DNA of 64,000 bases from contig NGBS01000583.1 of the NCBI GenBank assembly GCA_002245135.1, forward strand, positions 496,001 through 560,000, given 5' to 3'. This document shows, in pieces, positions 15,505 to 29,300 of the stretch. Position 1 is the stretch's first letter. Every line of letters begins with the position of its first letter. The translations under genes were made by a program, and so were the position numbers. The notes below the pieces were generated by a model. That model searched no databases, was not told the DNA's origin, and saw only the letters and a program-made list of their open reading frames with translations. This stretch comes from Proteromonas lacertae. Its lineage: Eukaryota.

Positions 15505-16130
15505 ATGTTTGAAAAAGATTTCTCACTTCTTTTTAATATGAATGAGGAGCAAGGTAATGCAGTATTACAAATACTAGGATGTGTCCTGGAAACTCTCGTT
15601 CATAAAAATGACATGGTATTATCAAATATTCTATTCCTAGAACACTTTCGATACAAGAAGAACAAGATTTCACGGGAGTGCAACTCCCAATATAACTTTA
15701 ATGAATTATCTATTAAGGTATGATTTTGCTTTGTTAATTATGAGGTAGGATTCATAAATTTGTTAGATGTAGTAATGAATGTTTCGTTCTGTCGTTAATT
15801 TACATAGATAGACTAATTCAAATGAATAATTTTGTGGTCAATTCTTTGGATGTTCACAGAATATTGATTACTAGTATTATGCTTGCTGCAAAGTTCTTTG
15901 ATGATTTTTATTACAACAATTCCTATTATGCGCTTGTAGGTGGTGTCCCGACTTCTGAAATTAATTGTTTAGAAATAGATTTTCTATATCACATTAGTTT
16001 CAACTTATATGTATCAGCTGAGGATTATCGTAGATATTTTAAACAATTGATTCACCATGCATCATCAGAGACAATTTGTCCAAAGTGCCATCAATATTTA
16101 TTCACAGTTGAATCAGCTTTAAATATCTGA
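15505..16130 (+). CDS. PHO80/cyclin-U (P-type) cyclin, paralog 1 (start may be 15538)
   Basis: [61 protein letters not shown]. Two introns. Confidence 0.88.
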
Positions 16131-16274
16131 GATTCAATTAATTTAATAGCAATTTTAGACTATTATATCTTTATATATCATGTATACTATTTGTTATGTT
16201 GTTATTTATGTTTTTAACAGTGAATTGAAAAACATAAGTTAAATTAATCACACACGCATAATAATAATTATTAA

Positions 16275-17267
16275 CTAAAAGGACATCTCCCATCCTACTC
16301 CAAATTCATACTCATTTTTATCATTTAAATGCATTAAAGGTATCTTTGTACTACTATATAACCTTAAACCTTCTAAAACATCATGTCTTATATATCCACA
16401 CATTTCAAACGAATTATTGAGTGATAATTTCAATATACCTTGATTACTCAATATAGCTTTCTTAATACAAATAGATAAGGGATAAGATTTCTTGGATAAT
16501 TGAATATTTGTATTAATTCCTATATCTAAATCTTTACTTTTATGACAGATGAAATATAAATTGTATATTATTGAAGGATAAGTTAATGTCTGTATAAATT
16601 CATATTTATATTTATTAAAATGTGATTTGACCATTATAGAATCAGGTTTATAATGTAATAGTGTTAAATTGGGAAATGATAATCTCAATCCAATTGAATC
16701 ATTTTTCTTTCTATTTGTGTGAGTAATACTACTGAACAATCTATCCGTTACTAAATCATATTTCAATTCTAGATTTATTGGGAATCCTGGTGTATGATAA
16801 TTCATACCAATCAATATTTTATCTGTTTTATAATCTATTGGATAATTTCTACAATCACAACTATTTTTGATAATAGAAACATAATATATAGATATACTTG
16901 AAGGTTAACTGACCACCACCAAACCTAGCTATTGCATCACCTATCAATTGATGCTTTCCAAAATCAAAAGAAACTTCATTTAGTGTAAATCTAAAATATC
17001 TAGTTCTTATTAATTTCCATTTCAGTGATAGACCAAGGTACATATGTGAAAAATCACTCTGTGAATGAATCCAACTGGATAATATCTGCAAATATTAGAA
17101 AGAATAAAAATATTATCATACAATTCCTGGAGCATATTTCATTGAATATTTCCCTTTGACACCGTAACAAAAATCTTCAGTAAACAATTCTATATACAAA
17201 TTAGACTTTAAAAATAATTACTTGTAGCTTCAGTGCCAATCTTGTCAAAGCTTGTATATTGTGTCAT
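16275..17267 (-). CDS. Eukaryotic porin family beta-barrel (VDAC/Tom40-like), divergent
   Basis: Spliced N-terminus MTQYTSFDKIGTEATKLFTEDFCYG resembles the VDAC N-terminal helix. Alternating hydrophobic beta-strand pattern, C-terminal beta-signal-like EFGVGWEMSF, length ~295 aa. Confidence 0.6.
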
Positions 17268-17370
17268 AGTTTATACTTTATTTTAAATTGTCTGTTAAGA
17301 AATATGAAGAAAATTCAAAAAATCTAATAACGGATATATTTTTGGATCATTCATTTGAAAATTGTATGAG

Positions 17371-18027
17371 ATGAATCAAGAACAAGGAAAAGCTATTATT
17401 CGTATTCTTGCATGTGTTTTAGATAAGCTGGTCCAAAAGAATGACTTGGTATTTCAACATTTATAACTTTAGAGTGGTTATGATAATCACGTAAGTAAAT
17501 TCCATGGAAGACGTCCGCCCAATATTACAATTTGCGATTACTTAGACAGGTATAATTTTGGATTTATTTCTATTTTTATTGTAGAATACACAAGTTTGCT
17601 CAATGTAGCGAAGAATGCTTTATTCTTTCACTAATTTACATTGATCGTTTAATTCAAAAGAGTACATTTATTGTAAATTCATTGAACATACATAGAGTAT
17701 TAATTACAAGGTATAGTTATTCATATTTTCCATTTTTATAGTGTCATGTTGGCTGCTAAATATTTTGACGATTTTTATTATAATAATGCATATTATGCCA
17801 AAGTAGGAGGTGTTCAAGGAAATGAAATTAATGTGTTAGAATTAGACTTTTTGTTTCACATCAACTTTAGTTTATTTGTAACAACCGAAGAATATAATAG
17901 ATATCATACACAGTTGGTTAATCATGCTTCAGCAGATAATAATTTTGTATGTTTGAATTGTGTACAATATCTTCCGCTGCTTAGAAGTGCTGAACCAGAA
18001 TATGAAGAAGAGAAAAAAATAAATTAA
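17371..18027 (+). CDS. PHO80/cyclin-U (P-type) cyclin, paralog 2
   Basis: [67 protein letters not shown]. Three introns. Confidence 0.88.
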
Positions 18028-18221
18028 TGTGTAATGATGTGGTGATTTGTATTATTTACTTGATTTTTTAATATATTTTTTTTAATTAAAAATGAGTGTG
18101 TATTACGGTTAATTTAAATTCAAGCAATAGTATATATCTTAAATAAGGAAATAAAAAATTAATCAAAACTTTTGAAACACCAATTTTATGATCGTTTCAA
18201 TTTTTATTTTTTAATTTTTTA

Positions 18222-21200
18222 ATGCCCAGTTCGTATGCTTATATAAATCATATATTAAAATAGGGAGTCATCATCAGTAGCCGATTCGTCAAATGACTAT
18301 AGTAGAATAAAACAAGAATATCTCACAAGTCCTTTAGAAAGAGCATTTTTCTCTCTAACATATGCTATGTTAAGTGGAAATACTTTTAATGAGAATTTAA
18401 ATGATTTTTTCTTGATTGTAGAAGCAGTTCATATCATTTTTTAAAACATCTTTATATTTGTATATCCTTAATTTTATTCTTCATAATTTATTTCCATACC
18501 AATTTCAGGGCAGTTAGGGTTTGGTGGAGAAATTGGAATGACTTTTCAACTGATTGTTAATTATATATCTAAACCCTTTGATATATTTACATCTAGTCCA
18601 ATAGCATTCTTCTGGATAGCATTTGTGTTTGTAATATTTGCAATACTCAACAGTTTCTATGTGTTATACTCATTAAACAGATCAAATAAAGGTTTAGTAT
18701 TAGCATTACAAATCTTAAGAATAGTTGTTGGTATAGAAGTGACTGTTTTATTCATGCCTCTATGTGAAAAATTCATTAATTTCTTAGCATGTTATAAAGC
18801 TGATGATGGTGTATATCGTTTATTACCATATCCAAATTTACAATGTTTTGATGGTGGTGGAATGTTCAGATTTATCGTTTCAATAATTATGTTGGTTATA
18901 TTTAGTTTATTGGTCTTTCCTATTACATTGGTATATGTTGATGAAGATTCAGAAAACGCTCAAGCTCATGGAAGATTAGAATTAGTTACAGCTGCTATTA
19001 AGTTTTTTATTACTTTTATTGAAATGTATAAACCTTTGATTAATGGTTTATTATTTGCATTTATGGAAGGAATAATGTCAACTGTTATGGCTATATTTGC
19101 GTTTTATTATTTACCTTATAGGAGATTATTTCTTAATCAATTTGTATATATTATTATTATTATTATTATTTTAATAGAAATGTTTTATTGCTTGTACATT
19201 TTCTTGGGCAACTTATTATTATTTCTTCTCCTATTTTGTAGGTAATGAGACTGCTTTAATTATATTCTTTACTGGTATTCCTATCCCATTATTAATATCT
19301 ATCTATGGACCAAGTATATATATATTAATATCTTATAATTGTTATGTAGTTATAAGAAGAAAGGTTTTATTTAATTATGAAAAATATGAGAAAGAGAATA
19401 CATCCAATCAAAACCCTTTGACTAAGTGGCAATTAATCTGTAAATATATTAAACCTGTCCTTCCATTTCCAAAAGTAAATTGTGATGAAAATAATAAAAG
19501 TATTAATAATTATGTTAGAAATATCAAAGTAGCAACAGATCCATACATATCAGCATCAATAATCACAGAAATGCAGTATGAAACTAAACAGAACAGATTT
19601 GATAAGAATATATTAGCTGTATTTGATGAAAATAAAGAGAAATTTCCAAACAGTTCATTATTTTGGTTGTGTTATTTATCACTGTTATACCAATCAAATG
19701 GTGATGTTATTACATCGTTAAGGAAACTTGGACATAATACTTCCTTTGATTTAAGGTTCTTAATTTATAGAGTATTAATAGATAAAAAGAAAACTTCATC
19801 ATCTGGTTCTTTAGGAACTGTGAGTTTTTTAGACCAATCGAAAACCTTAAAGAAGAGTATTAAAGCACATAGAGATACATTGATGAACACTAAATTCTGT
19901 TGGGAGACTTTATGCCTAATTAAAGAATTAAAAAATGCAGAAATAATGAAAAGAGTGAATGTAATATTTGGTAAGATAAGTGCAGTGAATAAAGTAGCTA
20001 TAGATTCATACAGACATTTAATGAAGAAATATAATAATAATCCAACAGTGTTAAGATCTTATGCATGTTATTTAGAAGATATTCATTGTAAATACGAAGA
20101 TGCAATCGATTTATATAAATGGGCGAATGAATTAGAAGAAGAAAGAATTGCAATACAGAAAGAGAACATTAGACAAAATAGTTCTTCAGATGAAAGTATA
20201 AATATTTATATAATTATTATTATTATTAGAAAAGGATAAAACAGAAACACCAAAAGAAGAAGCAAATACCAATCAAACAAATGACATGCCTGAACCACTC
20301 TTGCCATTGACAATTATGAGCTTACCAAAAAAGAAAGGTCCATCTCCAGCAGTTACACCTCAGCATAAATATAATGCACATGGTTTAAATACAAGTAGAA
20401 CTACAGTTGATAATAATAAAAGTCCAATGAGACAGCATAAATATATATCCAAAATAAAGGACAATGTTGAACTGGAAGGATTGGGTATTCAAAAGTTAGA
20501 AAGATTTAGTCTTATTTATGTGGTTAGTGTTATCCTATTTGTTGTAATTATTCCAATAGCTACTTTGTTATTGATTTATACATATGAAACTCATTCAAGA
20601 ACAATTGTAAAGAATGAAATTGGACAAATTGTCTATGGATGGAAAGCAATATTAGCAGCAAGAGATTGGAAATTTAAACCAGAAAATTCTGCAAATAATC
20701 GAAAATTTATAACCAATGAAGTAATACAATTTCGTTCATATTTACATACAATAATGAAATGTTATTCTAAAACAATATTTGATGATTGTTATTGTAGTAG
20801 AGATGTTGGTAACTTTTTATTGCATCAAACATCAAACTCAACATCATTAAAAGTTGGTACAAAAGTGTATTATACTGAAATGTCTAGATTTCAATATATT
20901 CATAGTATGTTGGATAGTTTAGAGATTATTAGTAATCAATACAATAATGTACAGAATACAAAGATTTATGCAGATGCAAATTATAATTATATTGTCAATA
21001 ATGTTTATGGAATTGCAGATTCATTTGTAGATCAATTAAAAACTACAACCCAAAAACTGAATTTCACTATATTATTTTATTTTATAATTGCTTATTCTAT
21101 TTATAATATAGTATTTACATTAATTAGTTCTATTTTCTTATATAAAAACATTGGTATTGCTCACAGAGAACAACATTTAGGATTTGATTGTTTAAAAATG

Positions 21201-22223
21201 TTACCAGTTGATGAATATCTTAGAATTACAAATAAATTCATGCAAATAATAAAGAAATTTGATGATATGTTTGAACTAAACCAAAGCAATACAGCACCAG
21301 AAGAAGAACTACAGAAGAAACTCAAACTGCAGATATATGAAAGAGAAAGTAGAACTTTAGCAACAACAGATAAAGTAGCCTTAGAGACATTAGATGCATT
21401 GTCAAAGAAATCGTATGAATGTGGAACTAGAAAGAGATTTACAAGACAATCGTATTATTATTTAATAGCACAATTAGTTGTTACACTTGGTGCTGTTATT
21501 TATACATTAATTACTTCCCTTTCTGAAAGACAATTGTTGAAAGAGATTGAATTAAGTGGTTTGAGATATAATAATGCATTGGAATTATGTTATATTAGTG
21601 GTGATATGATAATTAATAAATCAAATGCAACTTTTATAAAAGAAATGAGAAGTAGAAGTGAGAAATTGGTAAATGATTTTATAAAGTATCATCAATGTTT
21701 ATCACAAGGATGTGATGAGTATAGTGTAAGAACAGTCAAATCAGCATCAAAGAAACTGAGAGATTTATATTATAATAATGTATATAATGGAGAATCATTG
21801 GATTCATTGATTGTTCAGTATGAAAGAGCAGTTACGTCATTTATTAGACAACCTGTAGAAGATTTGACTAAAGATAATCTGTATTATGGAATTATTTCAA
21901 AGAATATTGATGAAAGAATTTTAACTGATTTACTGTGGAGATCTGTTGAAATATCTGAAGATGATAGAATAAAACTATATTATACATCTTTGATAATAAT
22001 TATATGCATTGGAGTTGTAATTACTGCTATTAATTTTGTAGGATATAAATTAATACTTGTATCATTTAGTTCAGTGCTATTACGAGATGTAATTATTATT
22101 AGAATGATGCTGGGACATGTAGATCCCGAATTAAAGAGGAAAATGTTGATTATTCATTTATGGATTGATAAAACTAGGTGGGTTGATAGTCGTGTAAATA
22201 ATGACATTGATATTCATGAATAA
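18222..22223 (+). CDS. Large polytopic membrane protein, TmcB/TmcC-like
   Basis: N-terminal multi-TM region with Cys loop (LACY...LQCF), AHGR and YLPY motifs, a TPR-like KYNNNPTVLRSYACYLEDI segment, then further TM pairs flanking extracellular loops. Family call is from remembered motifs only. Confidence 0.6.
18431..18484 (+). other. Candidate U12-type (minor) intron with AT-AT termini, 54 nt
   Basis: 5' ATATCATTTT, branch-like TCCTTAAT at 18465-18472, 3' end ...CTTCAT. Removing it eliminates the in-frame stops and gives VEAVQFISIP. Confidence 0.6.
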
Positions 22224-22311
22224 TAATAAATTAATTAATTATATTTTATATTCTTTGATTTTATGAAAGCTTGGATTATGGTTTGAATGATTTATTCTAG
22301 AATTCTTCATA

Positions 22312-23045
22312 ATGAGTGAGAATAAAGACGATCAGCACCCTTTGCATATCTTGTATGATAGAAAAGATCAAGCCAAGAGATACATAGAAGAAAAAGTATC
22401 TCTACTTTTCTTTTAATTTGTAATAGAAATATAAAGAAGCAATAAAAGAGTATGATGCAATTGTCAGTTTATTAGGACAATTGCCAGAATATAAAGTATT
22501 GGAGTTAATATAAATGTAATAGTTTCAACCTTACTTAGAGGATATGAAGCAACTCAGATATTCATCATACTCTAATATGGCATTATGTTATTTAAAAACA
22601 GATGAATATGAATTAGTTATAGAAAATTGTAATAAAGTGTTATCTCTTGATTCAACTAATTCAAAATGTTATTATAGACGTGGTTTAGCTTATTATAGTA
22701 TGGTATATATCATTAAGGTATAATGTATAATATTAGCATGAATATTCAACTGCAATAAGTGATTTAAAAGAAGCACATAGATTAGCTCCAAATGACTCAC
22801 TAGTTATAAACACATATAATAAAATTATAAAAGAATTAAAAACAATGAAAGAACAAAGTAAGCCAATTTATAAGAAAATGATGAAAAATGGACTTGGTGA
22901 TATATATGATGATAGAGAAATGCCAGTTGAAAAAGTTGAAGAGAATAAAAACGAAAAATCTTCTTGCTACACAGATATTATTAAATCAATTTATTATTAT
23001 ATATCATATCCTTTTTGCAACTGCTTCAAAACAAAGAAAGATTAG
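22312..23045 (+). CDS. TPR-repeat protein (FKBP/Cyp40-type co-chaperone-like TPRs)
   Basis: Spliced KYKEAIKEY...YSNMALCYLKTDEYELVIENCNKVLSLDSTNSKCYYRRGLAY...AISDLKEAHRLAPND. Three introns. Confidence 0.8.
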
Positions 23046-23348
23046 ATATATATTTTTTCGTTAAATTAAAAACCTAAAATAATGGAATTATTTATGATTT
23101 AAAAAGTGTTTTTGATTTTTAATTCATTCCTTGCTAAAAGAAATCATCACAAATAAAGATTATACCTTACTTAAATGACTATTATAAGAGAATAAGAAAA
23201 AAAATGAAAATTTAAAATTTTGATGGTGTGAGGCTTAATTATTATTTATTATCTATATAAATGCTTAGCACGTACAGTTAAAGAATTTAAAACTGTTTGA
23301 TTATCATAATTTCTAAAAATTTGGGAAATTAAGTTAATACAAACATAA

Positions 23349-26300
23349 ATGTATGATTTATAAGATATATAAATATAGGAGCCAATCTAGGTTGCTACGA
23401 AATAGATTATCAGCTCATAAATCAATACCACCAAAACGTGCAGATTCTCAAGTATGTTTCTACTGCTTTATAATTATTATAGTTGTTACGGAGGACATTA
23501 CCACCTAGATTCGATGAAAATGAAGAAGAGTTTTCAGGACCTGGCCAAGAAATACTTGATGCAAAGCTAGAAAACATATTGAACCATTTGGTTGCTTTGG
23601 ATACTGCATCTAATCTTGAAATGGGTCAAGATAATATCCAAGATCAATATACAGCAATGAAAGAAGAAGTTGCAAAAATCAAGGATGAATATAGCAATAT
23701 GTCAAATTATGTGAAAACTTATGTAAATGAAGTATCGAAAAAAATACAAGAATCGGAAGAAAGACATAATCGGCTAATTAAAGTGTTAGGAAGTATCCAA
23801 TCAGAGAAAGGTAATATATCCGTATATGTACGTGTAAGACCACCCTTAAAGGAAATGTCAGAAGAGTCTAATGATATAGTACTTGACACTTATGAAGATG
23901 ATTTCTCTTTAACTATAACAAATCCAGACACTGATGAAATATTATCCTATGAATTTGATCGTTGCTATGATGTTAAAAGTTCACAAGAACAAATATTCGA
24001 TGAATTACAGTATTTACCTCAATCATTATTAAGTGGATATAATGTCTGTTTAATTGCTTATGGTCAAACAGGTTCAGGTAAAACTTACACTATGTTTGGT
24101 CCAAACCACGATAAAGGTTTGAACTTTCGATTAATTAATGAAACATTAGATTTACTATCAAGATCCAATAATAAAGTTACAATTCGTTTATCAATGTTAG
24201 AAATCTATAATGATACAGTATTCGACTTATTCAATCCAAAAGAAACAAAGATAAACATCAGAATGAGTGATCCAGTAACAATAGAAGGAGTAACAGAGAA
24301 AATAGTGAAGTCCAAAGGTGATATAGAATCGTTATATACACTTGGAATGAATAATCGAGCAACAGCATCCACTAATCTTAATGATGTAAGCAGTAGAAGT
24401 CATTGCATAGTTAAATTCGAAATAGAACAATTACAACCAAACGGTGTAACCATCTCCTCAAGGTTATATTTAGTTGATTTAGCTGGTAGTGAATGTATAT
24501 CAATGTCTAAAGCAAAAGGTGATAGATTAGTGGAGGCTAAACATATTAATAAATCTCTAAGTTCATTAAGTGATGTAATGCAAGCGTTAGATCGTAAATC
24601 ATCTCATATTCCTTATAGAAACAGCAAATTAACAATGTTATTGAAAGATTCATTCGGAGGTGATGCTAAATGTATTTTATTCTGTACATTATGTCCATCT
24701 GAGAAACAAGCATTAGAGACTATTTCTACATTGAATTTTGCATCAAGAGCTAAACATATTACCTTAGGATTAGCTCAGAAGAATAAGAAACAAAGAGATA
24801 CGGTGAATAATTTACAATCTCAAATCCTATCATTACAACAGAGTAAAAGAGATGCAGATAAGATGATTGTCGAATTACAAAGTGAATTAGAAGAAGCAAA
24901 ACAAGAAATAGAAAATATATCACAACAACAACAAAAACAACAAAGTCCTCAACATAATAATAATAATTCCACTCAAAATGTTGAATATAGTGAAGAAGTG
25001 AGTGATATAATCGCTGAAAGAGATGAGTATATGCAATGTAACTTCAAATTACAAGTAGAAAACACACAATTACAGGAAGAGAATGATGCATTAAAGAAAA
25101 AGACAATTCAATTAGCCAATGAAGTAAACCAAATGAGAAGTGGTGGAAAGACTAAGCCGAAAGTGGAAAAAAGTTTATCAAGAAATGAAGAGTATTATAT
25201 GAGATTAGAGGAAGATTATGATGAATTAAAGAAATCTTATAATAAAGTATCTCAGCAATATCAACAATTAAAAGGTGATACAAATAGTATAATGAATATG
25301 AGAAGTGAGAGTGAAAGAAATAAAAAGAGAATAACAAAATTAACAAAAGAAGTTGAATTCTTGAAAGGAAGATTAGAGAAATTGAAAAGTGGTAGTAGTA
25401 CATCTATTAGTAAATCAACAGTAGATAAAGATAATAAAAAAATAAATAATGAAGAAGAAAGCAATAAAGATAAGAATATAACTTCTCCTACCAAAGTACA
25501 AGAAAAACCAACAAAAAAGACAAATAAATATTTACCAAAGAAAGGTAAAATAACTAGACCAAAACCAAGATCTCTAAATAAGAAAGGTAAAACAAATAAT
25601 AACACTAAAAATGAGAAAGAACAAGAACCAGTTCCACTAACATTACCTCCTCCAACATTAATATCACCACCAGCAAACTCAAAAATAAGAACACCGACTG
25701 ATTTATCAAGTTCAATAAGAAGAATATCAAATCCAAGAATGTCATTATCATCATCTATTAGAAATGTAACAGTTACTGATCTTATTAAAATGACTAATAT
25801 TGAAAAGAATGAAACTCCACCATCTAAGGAAGATGAAGGTGTATTAAGAGATACAATCAAATTGGATAAACCAATGAATATAAATGAAATTGAAAATAAT
25901 GAAAGCAAAGAGAATGAAAATAATAAAGTAGATGAGAATGAAAATGAAAACCCTCAAAATAATAATGCAGAAGAAGAAAAACCTAAATTGATAGATATAA
26001 GCAAATTTGATGAAAATCACAATGATGATGATAATGGTGATGTTAACCATGAAGATGATAATATTCAAACTCATACAGAAACTAAAGAAGAAGAAGAAGA
26101 AAACGAAAACGAAAAACCAAAGAATAAACTTGTAGATATAAGTAAATTCGACAATCCAGCATTAGAAGAAGAAACAATTGATTCAGCAATATTTGAAAAT
26201 GATTTAGAAAATATAACAATTGATAATTCTGAATCAGAATTAGAACCAATTCCTAAACCGCAACAAAATGAAATGCAGAATAATGAGGTTACTATTAAAG

Positions 26301-29300
26301 AGGATAATGACGATGGAGAAATAGATAGTGATATTGAGCCAATAAATGAAGAAATGAATGAAGGTGATGATGATAATATTAAAAATGCAGTTAAAGAAAC
26401 ATCAGCAATGAAGATTCAATCATTATATCGAGGTAAAAAGGCTAGAAAAGAGTATAAGAAGATAAAAGATGAAAAGAATGAAAGAGAGAATAAAAGTGCA
26501 ATTAAGATTGAATCTTTATACAGAGGAAATAAAGCCAGAAAAGAATATAAGAAAATGAAAGAAGAAAATGAAGATAAGAGAAAGAAAGAAAAAGAAGAGA
26601 AAGAAAATAAAAGTGCAATTAAGATTGAATCTTTATACAGAGGAAATAAAGCCAGAAAAGAATATAAGAAAATAAAAGAAGAAAATGAAGATAAGAGAAA
26701 GAAAGAAAAAGAAGAGAAAGAAAATAAAAGTGCAATTAAGATTGAATCTTTATACAGAGGAAATAAAGCCAGAAAAGAATATAAGAAAATGAAAGAAGAA
26801 ATGAAAGAGAATGATAAAAAAGAAATGGAAGAAAATAAAAAAGAAGAAGAAGAAGAAGAAGAAGGTGATATAAAACTATCAGAAGTAGATATTTTTCCAG
26901 CTGAAAAATTCAAGACTAATAATGATGCTAATTCTGATACTATTAATGACAATAATATTGATTCAATAAAACCAATAATTGAAGAAGAATTTAAACCCTC
27001 GGAAGAAGAAGAAACAATACCATCCACAGAAGAAGAACAAAGTAAGCCTACAGAAGGAGAAGGAGAAGGAGAAGGAGAAGGAGAAGGAGAAGGAGAAGGA
27101 GAAGGAGAAGGAGAAGGAGAAGGAGAAGGAGAAGGAGAAGGAGAAGAAGGTGTAATTGAATCATATGAAGAAGAACAATATGATGAAGAAGGTAATGCAA
27201 TTGAACAATACTACGATGAAGAAGGTAATTTGATAGATGCTGAAGGTAATATAATCGAAGGTATATATGATGAAAATGGCAATTTAATAGAATATGATGA
27301 GAATGGAAATGCAGTAGAAGTCCAATATGATGAAGAAGGCAATATAATTGATGGTGAAGGCAATATAATCGAACCACAATATGATGAAAATGGTAATTTG
27401 ATTGAAGCAAAGGAAGAAGAAGCTGTAGTTGATGGTGAAGGCAGTATGTATGATGAAGAAGGTAATTTAATTGATGTAGATGGAAATGTGATTGAGCCAG
27501 AATTTGAAAATACTGAACCACAGTTTGATGAAGAAGGTAATTTAATTGATGGTGAAGGCAATATATATGATGAAGAAGGTAATTTAATTGATGGTGAAGG
27601 CAATATAATTAATCCCCAATATGATGAAAATGGTAATCCAATAGAATATGATGATAATGGAAATATAATCGAAAATCAATATGATGAAGAAGGTAATTTA
27701 GTTGATGCCGAAGGTAATGTAATCGAAGGTGTATATGACGAGAATGGAAATTTAATCGAATATGATGAAAATGGCAATGTTGTAGAAGCTCAATATGATG
27801 AAAATGGAAATTTAATTGATTCTGAAGGTAATATAATAACACTTCAATATGACGGAGACTATGATGAATATGGTAATTACATAATTGATGGTATTCCTGA
27901 AAGTGATGAATCAAAATTAAATACTGCAGGAACAACTCCATCAGAAGAATTGAAACAAAATCATGAAGATGCAAAGCTAATAACAGAAGAGGAAGAAAAA
28001 CCTGATGTTGAAGAAGAAATACAACCACGAAAGGAGGAAGAAGAAGAAGTAAAACCATCTACAGAAGAAAGACTAACTGCTGAAGAAGAAGTAAAGCCAG
28101 TAGAAGAACAAAAACCAACAGAAGAATCTAAACTAATTAATGAAGAAAATAAGAGAAAAGAGGATAAAAAGAAGAGAAAAGAAGAGAAAAGAAACAAAAA
28201 AATAGAAAAACTAATGAATGAAGGTAAATCAAGAGAAGAAGCAGAAGAAATAGTAGATGAAAAACATAAACAAAAGAAAGAAGAAAAGAAAAAACGAAAA
28301 GCCTCACAACAATCAATCGATTTACTTTCTTCATCAATAACATCAACAAAAGAAGAAGAAGAAGAATCTAAACCAGAAGAAGATGCAAAACCGGTAGTAG
28401 AAGAAGAATCGAAAGTAGAACCAACTCTACCATCTGCAGAATCTAAACCGTCTGAAGAAGAATCTAAACCATCTGAAGAGATAAAACCCTCAGAAGAAGA
28501 AGAAGAAACAATACCATCCACAGAAGAAGAACAAAGCAAACCTACAGAAGAAGAAGAAGTAAAACCAACAGAAGAGATACCAGTAGTAGAAGAAGAATCA
28601 AAGCCAATTGATGAAGAAAATAAGAGAAAAGAGGATAAAAAGAAGAGAAAAGAAGAGAAAAGAAACAAAAAAATAGAAAAACTAATGAATGAAGGTAAAT
28701 CAAGAGAAGAAGCAGAAGAAATAGTAGATGAAAAACATAAACAAAAGAAAGAAGAAAAGAAAAAACGAAAAGCCTCACAACAATCAATCGATTTACTTTC
28801 TTCATCAATAACATCAACAAAAGAAGAAGAAGAAGAATCTAAACCAGAAGAAGATGCAAAACCGGTAGTAGAAGAAGAATCGAAAGTAGAACCAACTCTA
28901 CCATCTGCAGAATCTAAACCGTCTGAAGAATCTAAACCATCTGAAGAGATAAAACCCTCAGAAGAAGAAGAAGAAACAATACCATCCACAGAAGAAGAAC
29001 AAAGTAAGCCTACAGAAGGAGAAGGAGAAGGAGAAGGAGAAGGAGAAGGAGAAGGAGAAGGAGAAGGAGAAGGAGAAGAAGGTGTAATTGAATCATATGA
29101 AGAAGAACAATATGATGAAGAAGGTAATGCAATTGAACAATACTACGATGAAGAAGGTAATTTGATAGATGCTGAAGGTAATATAATCGAAGGTATATAT
29201 GATGAAAATGGCAATTTAATAGAATATGATGAGAATGGAAATGCAGTAGAAGTCCAATATGATGAAGAAGGCAATATAATTGATGGTGAAGGCAATATAA

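Noticed and set aside
16815..16860. Micro-exon in the porin-like gene
   Set aside because: On recount the frame is open straight through after the intron ending at 16861, so no extra splice is needed.
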